Source: Auanema rhodensis (Eukaryota > Animalia > Nematoda). From it: a stretch of DNA of 64,000 nucleotides. The first letter of the stretch is position 1. Each line of letters opens with the position of its first letter. The stretch lies in contig OZ059898.1 of NCBI GenBank assembly GCA_964057225.1, positions 5,952,001 through 6,016,000 of the forward strand, given 5' to 3'. Made by a program: the position numbers and the translations under genes. Positions 54,101-64,000 of this stretch are shown here, in pieces. Below the pieces are notes generated by a model that saw only the letters and a list, made by a program, of their open reading frames with translations, did no database searches and was not told the origin of the DNA.

Positions 54101-57100
54101 GACGAAGTTGGACAACACTAAGTCAAATGTTTTAAAAACTTACATCACAAAAAATCGAAGTTTATTACAGCATTCTGTTTCACAGCAAGCCCGATATGAG
54201 AAGAAGGTTTCAAGTTCAGGATCGACGCATCTAAAATTAAAAATAGATCTTATTATATGAGAAATAAATAAATAATTATTGTATGAATGTTTATTCTTGT
54301 TTATTCTTGTTTATTTCTCTGCATGCATGCATGTATACAGTGAAGTAAAGTATTTTCTGAGACATGATTGACAGAATCTATTGTTGCTTCCTTCTAAATA
54401 TCTCACATAATGGTGCTAATTTGTAGTGTGGGAGCAGCCAAATCTGACCTCAAGTGTACTTCTCAAGGCTAGCAAGCAAGATTTACTCCACTGTTAAAGG
54501 CCATTCTTTGCCTTAACTCATTTTTCCCTATGCCTTCTGCATGTTTTAGTTGTAAGAATACCACTAGTACTCACGACTTGACAGAGAAGCTGTGAATGTC
54601 ATCGAATTATTTAAGCCCCTGTCTTGCTCTTCTGTTCTTTTTTCTGCTGAAATTTCAACCATTTCTTGGTCATTAAACGGCATTATGGAAGGGAAGAGAC
54701 AAAACGAAGACTTAGATAGGCCGTCAAAGTGACACATCTCAAGCCTGCTCCGATGACTTTTCAAATTTGCCTTCCGTTGTAGCAAAACATGGAAGAAGTG
54801 TATAGTTAAGGTATAGATAGCCTTTAAAAGCTTAGTTTGCATATCTTAGTAGTTCTGATGATGATGATCCGAAGAAGATAAACGGCGCACTATTGATAGA
54901 TGACAGAAGAAAAATGAATTAGGAGTATGAAGTCAAGGGAGACATGCTTAGAGCGTCAACGCTTTATTGTCGTTTCCCGCATAAAGAAGTCGTAATGCTT
55001 CTACTTAATACCACTGAAAATGAATTCAAGTGTTGCGTACCCATCAAGGCGTGACTATCTATAATTACATTAAAGCTTTTCGAAAATGATCTTCTAGCAA
55101 TCATGAGTTACTGAACCCAAACTAGACATCAAGAAGCAACTTAGTATAGACTTTTAGTTTACAATTTTGCAGATACTTTTACGATTTTCCGGAGTTCAGT
55201 ATAGTTAAAAATACATCTATTTGACATCATTAGATGATTTTCTTTGTGAATAATATGACATTCTCAGTTTGGCTCATCTTACTTATCTCCTTGTTTTTCA
55301 TCTAGTTTTCAGTCTTTTTAACAGCATTCCTAAAGTAAACAACAATATCTTGTCATATAAATTTTTAAGAAACGACAATTATAATTTAAAATGAATCAAC
55401 AACACATTTACATCTTCATCATCATTTTTCCAATATTTGCGTGTTTCAATAATACGAAATGTGAGCAAATATTCTAAATTTCATGATGAATACGAGATAT
55501 TCTTGATATGAAACGTGAGCTAAAATGCTTTATGAGTGACATTAAGTCTGAACCTGCAGATTGAAATACTGCAGTTTTGACAAACTGAAAGCCTATGAAT
55601 GATGAAGATGATGATGATTCAGAGAGTCGCCTCTGTTGCTTGATATACGCCTAAGTCTCCGTTCAACAATCAGATTTCTCGTTTTATATGTTTGAGTATC
55701 TCAAGAGGGCAAATGCTTTACTCCTTATATGAGACAGCAAGCAAGTTTCATTTCTAATAATCTTTCAAGAAATTCCATGGGGAAGGTTATACTCGATCTG
55801 AGATAACTCGCTTTCCTCCAACTTTTATTCAATGTCAGCAGCCACGCATAATACGGACAAGTTGGATTAGAGATTGGAATTGAAATGAAAATACCGAAAA
55901 AGGCTTTCCAAATGACAAGGGCTAATATAAACGGCAATTGTTGTGACACTGAACGTTGATTACACGATTTAGAAATTAGCTCGAGTGTCTTTACGGAATT
56001 CTCATTAAGCCCAGTTGGATAGAACACTGACACAATGCAGCATCTCAGTCAGTTGACATACATATGTTTATGACTCTAGTCCAGTTATTCAAATTCAAAA
56101 CTATGTGAAGCACGACGAAGTAAACTTAGCATCATGGACTTGTAGCTAAAAATTTATTTTTCTTTCAATATGTGCTGGTGGCAAGGCGTTGATGGACAGT
56201 GGAATTTATATGAACATTAAAATGACATAAATTGAAAAATGAAAAAAAAAACAGAAGAACATGAACCTTTCTGAAGTTTGTGAGGAAACGAGAGCTTAGT
56301 TGTGAAGGGTCAGGTCAAGAAAACAAGACAACGCTTCACATGTTAAACACGTCTTTTTTTCTTCATTTGACAGCTTCTGCGCATAAAAAGCGAATTGTGA
56401 CGACCCATGCTACTAAAGCAAAACAAAAAAATTGCCATTTATGAAATCTTATAGACTACTAAAATAGTTTTCTTTGCTTGACTTTCTAGAAGAAGAGATA
56501 GCCTCTTTATAATTCTTGTTCGTTTTCTCTTTTTCTGTCATCTTGTTCCAGCTTGCAGTGAGAAAAAAATCTTGTGAAAAGCATCAACAATGGAAACAAA
56601 CTCACAATTCAGTTATAATTTAGTAAAAATGTCAATGACATAAGTATAAATTACAAGAAACAAAGATTGAATTGAATATCAAGTAATATAAAATATTGGA
56701 TACCATTTTTGATGAGCTTAATATAACATTAGCTTAAGTAAAATGAGGCGTAAAAAAGTTTTTATTCTTGCCAAAATATGCAAAATGATGAGATTAAGCT
56801 GTAATGTGTCTCTCATTTTCATACCATTGTCTTTCATTTCTTTTTTCTATTGAATATTGAAAAAAGAAAATGAAGAGTAGTTGTTTGAATATATAATGTT
56901 TTAGAAGAATATTACATAAATTATGACTTTTTTTGCTAAGAAAGTAAAGAACTTACGAGTCTGGGTAACAGATATCTTGTGCAGAAATACTGAGAACCAG
57001 TAAGCCTAATAGAACCAATAGGTGATAGACAAGGTTCATCAGCTGGACATGAAGCTCAAAGCAATCGAGACTGAGATTTGAGAGCTGGTGTGTTACGGAA

Positions 57101-58587
57101 GTTTTTATTCAAAAATTGGGAGATAGAGAGAGAGAGAAAGCTGAAATAAGGCGATTTTAGTGCCAAGTTCTATGCATGCGGATGATAAATGGTTTTAGGA
57201 AAAAGATATATAAGAGAAATTCAGAATGCAGGTGGTCCCATAAAGAGAATGAGATAGAAAGCATAAGAAGGAGTGATTTGAATGAAGCCGCAATAGGTCG
57301 AAGGGAGAAGCAGAAGCTGGGGTAGGACCAGTGAGAGACACAGAGGGGGCGGTACTACACCGGACCACATCTATAGAGGAGAGCTCGTAGTACTAGAAGT
57401 AGTAGTAGCTGTTTCAGGAAGAGTTATTGATGGTAAAAAAAGAGAAATCTCACAACGTTAAAGCTTTGACATGGCTAATTGCTGTCATGTCAAAAGATAA
57501 ATTGATAAAAATTGAAAATCAATGCTCAGAAACATTTCGTTATTTTCAAAACGTGGAGAGGAATAGAGAACTCAAATATTTTGGAAAAAAATGAGCTTTA
57601 ATGCTATTGTATTCATGAACTTCTTCAAGCACATGTCGGCTGGCATTAAATCTTCAATGCTGGAAAAGAAAACTTCAACGATCAATTCGTGAAAACGGCG
57701 GTTAAAGTTTGAAATGGGAATTAATTGCCAAAATTCTGAGTTGATGATGATATTGACGGAGAGCAAGAAACTGCTCTTTGCCACATTTCGTTTTCTCTCC
57801 TCTTGTTCTCTTTTTCCATCTTTTTTTCTCTTTATCAGTGCTTTTTATTCTGATTCCCATTTATATTAAAACGTTTTTCAAAAACAAATTCCTGTGAATA
57901 CTAAATTAGGGAACTATTTTTCATTTTTTGTTGTTGAATGAGTAATATAAACTTTAATCTTTTATTCATTTTATATTAGAAGTGATTTTCATTTAATTCA
58001 ATTCAAATGTATTTAATGAATTTATTTTATTATTCGAAATGTTTTTCGATAAAATGAAATAAATATTTTTGTTTATTTTAAAAACAGTAACTCTATTGTA
58101 TATTTATTAAGCAAAAAATATATAAATAAAGCTTCTAATCTAAATCTTTTGCTCTCAAACATGCTCATGTTTGACTAAAAAATAATAAATAGCATTTCTT
58201 TTTAAAGAAAATCTATAATTCTGTTCAAATAATGAATATAATAATTCATTTTGTTCTCTTGTCTTGTATATTTGAATACATTTAAATTCTTATTTCTCAC
58301 AGATTATATTTAAGAAACAAAGTTTTAAGGTCGAATTACATATATCAAAGTGAAAAATTTAAAGACAAGCTGTTAATATTCCTTTTTTTTGTATAAAATA
58401 AATAAAAATAAATTGTATCTAATACCTATGAGAGAAAAAAAAATTATTTCAATAATTTATTTATATAACGATGTACGCATATATATATATTTATACATTA
58501 TGTATACTTCTAAGTTTTCATTTCAGGAAAAAAATGATTGAGATATATTCTTTTTGATTTAACATTTACAACTTTCTCGCCAAATGT

Positions 58588-59256
58588 TTAATGAATGCGA
58601 GCACGAGCTTGAACCATTAAGCAACCTCGGTCTCCACTTTGCTTGTCTTGGAAAGCATACTGAAGCTGATAAGGAGAATCATCTGAAAAAAATATTGAAA
58701 TTTACATTGATTCGTTTTCATTTTTACCCTTAAGCATATTGATGATAGTTTGATATTTACTGAAATCCATAATAATATCGAATTCTTGTGATCCAGCCGG
58801 GATTGGGCACTTGATACCAGTGGCACAAGCATCGAGATCCTTACTTAAAAACAAACATTCATATAATATATTTTCTTCATCTTATCTTACAGTATTCCGA
58901 AAGTTGGAATTATACCCCAGGCACATACGTTAGTGTTCCATGAGTAAAGGCTAACTGTGTTACGAAGATTTGGAGCTGAATAGGAATGAGGGAAGTATGC
59001 ATCAGTTTTAACCATTAATGGAGCACCAAGATGAACTGGATATTCTGGTGTTTTACCTGAAATATAAGAAAATCCTAAGAGTTTTAAAATATAATACTGT
59101 ACCAGTAGCATCGTATGGAGCAGCATTGAAAAAATTCATGTCTCCACTACCACATTCAAACCAGTGGAAGGCTGTTTCTGTGCCATTTGGGAAGGTGTCA
59201 CAAGCTGATGTGATAGCAACAAGAGCAAGTAATACAGCAAAAGAAGATGAATTCAT
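58588..59256 (-). CDS. Secreted ML (MD-2-related lipid-recognition) domain protein, 4 exons
   Basis: Signal peptide, then CDTFPNGT..FHWFEC, YPVHLGAPL, CAWGIIPTFGIL/KDLDACATGIKCPI, PYQLQ...GCLMVQARARIH*, typical of the nematode ML family. Confidence 0.8.
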
Positions 59257-61343
59257 GTTAATATCTCGGGAGCTTGGAATTAACGAAGAAACATTGAATA
59301 TGAGCCTTATAAAGCTTTCAGATAGATAACACGTATCCCGGTTATTTGATGATTACAGATTCCTTATCGTTTTAATTATTCGAAGAAATCAAAAAGATCG
59401 CTAGGTAAGCGTGTTACGTAGTCTTATCGCTTATTCAAACTGAAAGTAAAATTATATTCTTTGTGAAAAGCAGTAAGAACAAAGTTCACAACAATTTTTA
59501 TTGTAATTCTTATTAAATGTGATTAAAAAAATAATAAAAAACGTGTATAACTGATTAAAATATTCACTAAAATGCATTAAATTTTTACAAATTTTCAGCA
59601 AAAATTATAAATTTTAATGATACAAGTGATATTTTCTTATTTTCATGAACTTATATTGATCTAAATATTATATTTTGCTTTAAACTATAATCCCGTTTGA
59701 ATTATTTAAACGTATTCATACTGATATCTTACTGATATCTTACTTAGTGTCAGATTTACTCAAGGACAAGATGTCCGAGTGATGTATTCTAATAAGACAT
59801 AGGACATTCCTGATAAGACAAAGTAGACTCTGTTCCACCCGTGCAAATTTTTATAATTTTTATGACTTTGGCCAAAGATGACGTGAACATTGCTGAAGAC
59901 ATGTATGGTAGCAGAATTGGTGCCGGTACTCAACGTGTTCCGCATGATTATCGCTATGGGTATTAGAGACGTTAACGCAAAAGCCTAACTTAAAACTAAA
60001 AACTATTCTTGTGAGCAATTTTCTTTTTCAATTAGCCATCACAAAGACTGGGTAAATGAAGAACTAGGTATTCATTTTGAAACATACATATTTCTACTAA
60101 AATATTACAAAATTTTCTTATTAACTTTAGTAAATGAAAAAATGCATTTCGAAAATATTAAAAGACATTTGTTTTTGTATTATAATATTCTTACTGAAAC
60201 TTCAAATAAGTATAACATAGTTTCTGTGAAAAGTTTCATTAATCAGTAATTAATGTATAGTTAGTTCTTTCTCTAAAGATATATAGAAGAGAAGAGAAAA
60301 CAATATCAAATTAATTTTGTTGTAATTAACTTTGAAAATTGTTTCTTTTATTTTCATGACCTTTATACATAAAACCTAGATTTGAAATTAATTACTATAA
60401 ATCTCATTAAAAGATACGATATATATTATATATATTTGCTGATTTTATACTATATGTACTAAACAATTTAAATTTAATTAACATCTTTGAAGTACAGTAT
60501 GCGTATCTTCTTATTTTAATTTTTTTTCAATTCTAATCTATATTATCTATCTATTTATCTATATGTATATACGTGTATAATCATAAGAATTATAGGAAAG
60601 AAATGTTTTTATTTATTCAAAAAATATCAAAAAATATAGGACAGTGAAACAATATTTATGAAATGAGAGCATAAAAGAAACACATGAAAGCAAATGAAAT
60701 CTTAAAAGAAAACAAAAAGCTGATCATATGGATATCATATATTGAAGAAAATAGGAAATTTAATTTTAAATTTATTTATAAATAGAAAAGATTAAGATGA
60801 AGGTTACATATGTACAAATAATTCAAGCTTTATAAATTAGCTTCAATTTAAATGATTATAATCTTTCGTCTGCTTTATCTGAGGTTTTGATGGTTTTCAA
60901 ACAAATAAAAAACATTGCTGATTGAAAAAGTTAACGAAAGCAACTATAAAGGATAGAAGTTTCTCATTCTGATGCCCTTCCTGAAGGCAAACATCAAGTT
61001 TCTGATACCATTTTCTAGAAATGAAAAATCATTCAACCCGATTGTACGGTATAGGGGACAATGAGATAGAATTGAAGAAAAATTAAAAGAATCATTAATA
61101 CAACAAATACTATAAATAGAGAAACAATTGAAATAAAGCATATGTTTTAATATTGTTTTTTTAAAAATTCAAGTAAAAAGGGAAAGGGAAAGAGTGTTCA
61201 AAGAGTTTTTTTATAAATTCACAGAATTCATGATCCGTCTGTAGATAATAATTCATCGTGAGTATTATGTAAGATAGTCTGGCTCTGAGGCATACAAGAG
61301 GATACACAAATACAAATAAAACTGGAAATAACTCATTTCTAAG

Positions 61344-62085
61344 TTAGGTAAATGTACTCATTCGACGCTTTTTCAATTCTTTGAAATCCACAGCATTCTT
61401 ATCTGATTCTTTTCCTGCCAAACCAAGCCAACGTAAAAATTTATTGGAGTTGGAAGCAGATACGCAATCTTTCTTCTCACGACAATGTTCTGATGAAGTA
61501 GATCGTTGCGGTCCACTAGATAATCCCTGAAATTAATTATTTTTTTATAAAGATAAGAATTAATTATAAATATTTTACATTTTTATGTTTATCATGATGA
61601 TGTGCAGTATCAATTGACAATTTTTCCATTTGCTCTTGAGTGATATGAAGGTGTTGAACTGTTGACGCATGCACACTATGACGATGTTTTGGCTGAAATT
61701 TAATTATATTTTTGAAAAAAAACAAAACAAAAATAGTATATTATGAATGATTTACCTTGAGTGGTGGATGTGCAGCAATTTCAAGCAGTTTTACGGCTGC
61801 ATCTTCACTGCAAAAAAAAATATATTGTGTTTAATGCTGAAATTGTACTATAAAAATTGTTTTGAAGTGCACAAAACATCTTTATATACTTATTCCGGTT
61901 GAGACAATTCGAAAAATGACATATTTATTCATGATATATTTAGAGTAAATAGTTCAAATGTTAAAAATAGAAAAACATGAACATACCAAGCAGCACGATG
62001 AGCACGGTCACGTTGAAGTTCAATGCTCTTTTGTCGCTCACGTTGTTTTTTCTCTTTCTCCTTCTGTTCAGCTTTTTGAAGCCTC
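61344..62085 (-). CDS. 3' four exons of an unidentified protein; 5' exons unresolved or outside the window
   Basis: Four exons with GT-AG boundaries join in frame: RLQKAEQKEKEKKQRERQKSIELQRDRAHRAAC/EDAAVKLLEIAAHPPLK/PKHRHSV.../...FLRWLGL...KKRRMSTFT*. Confidence 0.7.
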
Positions 62086-63574
62086 TGAACAAAGATTATA
62101 CATCAATTGAAGTTTTTATTATATTTTTTTAAACTTTAACTATGTGATCAATTTGTCTATTATTATGATGAAAATGAGATAAACCATTTACATACTTTAT
62201 CTTAAATGTATGTATGTATATATGCATATTATAACAATAATATTATATGAATATATTTATATATTTAAAATATTTTTTATTTAAAAAAATTTTAAATTCT
62301 TTTTTTATTTGCAATGCAAAGACCACAAATTTTTATATTTGTGTTCTTAAAAAATATCTTTTTTTTTCCTTTTTTTCAACTTCTTCTTTTCTTATAATAA
62401 TGTTGTAAGAAGAAGATAAATTTGAATTTTCAATAAAGAACGACAACGACTTTTTGTTTTATGGAATCCATACCAAGTGGATGTAAACAATCTCATATAG
62501 AATTTCGAAATATGAAGAGAAGTTAGAGAAGTTTCACTATGCTGCACAAAGTTCGAGCTTGTAAAAACCTTTTGCTGTGTATGGAATAGATTTTGATTGA
62601 AATATGGGGCGAACACTACAAGTAAGTGCTTGTTGTGAAAAAATTTAGAAAGTTCAAAATTTTACTAAAACTTCTGTTTTTTTTTAAATTTTGTAGAAAC
62701 AATAAATCGATTTAAGGCTTATGTTGAACTTTAAAAAGGACATGGACATAGACTACTAATGGTAAACTTTTTGCTTATCTCAGAATATGATTGGAAGCCA
62801 GTGATGATAGCACACAAGAAAAACATTCAAATATTTTTATATATTATATTCAATTTTTTAAATATAATATGTATAATATTTAAAATTATTAGAAAAATAT
62901 GTTAACTGATATGAAACAAGAGATTATTAGTCTGTAACGTCTGTTTACAAAAAACTGAGGAATTGAATGACCTGAGAATGTCGGACAACAGAAAAAAAAA
63001 TTTTCAGAGTGATATATCATAGTAAGTGACAAAACTTTGATGAAAATTGTTGTGACAATTGAAAGAGCAAATGTTAGTTACATATAGTATTTCTCACATT
63101 TACTTTGGTTTATATAATTCATAATCTATCTCTTGTTGATTTTCGTTTTAAAATCTATAATTTGATTATGATATTATTGAATTGACTGTATTATTATTAT
63201 TTTTTTTTATTTCTTTATTATTAAAGAAAAACTAATTTTTTGCTTTCAAACTTACATCAAAATCACTAAATCCGCCAGCAAAAATCATAGTCCGTTATCG
63301 GATTAGCTTTACCGTAGCAAGCTGAACAAGTAAAATGAAATGAGAAGAGATTGAAGAATAGGTTCAAAGAGAAGATAGGAAGTAGTTTGTATCACGATAA
63401 TTGAAAAATAAGAGACAGCAGTAAGGAAAGGGGTAGAAGTAAAATGAAGAAGAAATAGAAGACGAAGAAGTAGGAGGGATGATGACAGGGGAGGAGTTTT
63501 AGGATCTGAACTCGGATGAAAGAGAATAAAACGAAAAAAGTGGACATTGAAAACTAAGAAGGCGGGTCATACAG

Positions 63575-63656
63575 AATGAAAGAAGAGAGAGAGAGCAAAA
63601 GAGAGAGAAACAGAGAGAGAGACAGAGAGAGAAACAGAGAGAAACAGAGAGAGATA
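63575..63656 (+). repeat. GA-rich (GAGAAACAGAGA) simple repeat
   Basis: Directly visible. Confidence 0.8.
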
Positions 63657-64000
63657 TTAACAATAAGTACGCAGTACGAAAGATAAAGAGAGACATAGAT
63701 ATTTAGGATCATGTAAGGAAAAAAAGAAATGTTAAATGAAAGAAAAACAAAAATATTTAATCATTTAGGACGCATCGGAAACGCAAGAGCTTCCGTCGTT
63801 ATCGGTAATGCAGGCTTAGATATTCCGTAATTCGGAAGTATGAATGTGCTGTTGAGACTTAAAGGATAGAGGATAAGCAAAAATGGCTTTTTAAACTTAT
63901 GAAGATGAATAGTTTGAGAAGAAGATTTGAAGGAAGGATGAAAATAATCTTGAAGGTGTAAAGTGATAATGACATATGCAACTAAAATAAGGATGGAACG

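Noticed and set aside
54445-54460. GACCTCAAGTGT, resembling the 3' half of lin-4
   Set aside because: The seed TCCCTGAG is absent and there is no hairpin.
55725-56033. 102 aa minus-strand ORF with a hydrophobic stretch
   Set aside because: Non-ATG start and no recognisable family or splice support.

Overview
This is AT-rich eukaryotic DNA from a rhabditid (clade V-like) nematode: most introns are about 42-55 nt and TTTCAG/TTTAG trans-splice-type acceptors sit just before start codons. I parsed 11 spliced genes by hand: a PEBP-like secreted/GPI-type protein (C56G2.4-like), the intestinal actin act-5, a tyrosinase with two ShK domains, a putative minus-strand operon lin-36 > AUP1 homologue > mitochondrial RbfA, head-to-head with a putative plus-strand operon cct-6 > ddx-23 (Prp28), then mdt-15 (MED15), an ML-domain lipid-binding protein, and the 3' part of an unidentified gene. 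The main signal is a relaxed splice-site code. Eight of roughly 100 hand-parsed introns need a GC 5' donor to preserve conserved proteins, most with weak consensus (GCTAGA, GCTAGT, GCATGG, GCATGA, GCAACA, GCATAT), and several acceptors are AAG. The 5' splice-site helicase gene ddx-23 also has a 5.9 kb last intron holding a candidate alternative terminal exon that alters helicase motif VI and a pre-miRNA-like hairpin, which may form an autoregulatory module. Orthology calls are from recalled protein motifs, not database searches. Regions 1-6.5 kb, 17-23.8 kb and 47-58 kb contain no gene I can support.
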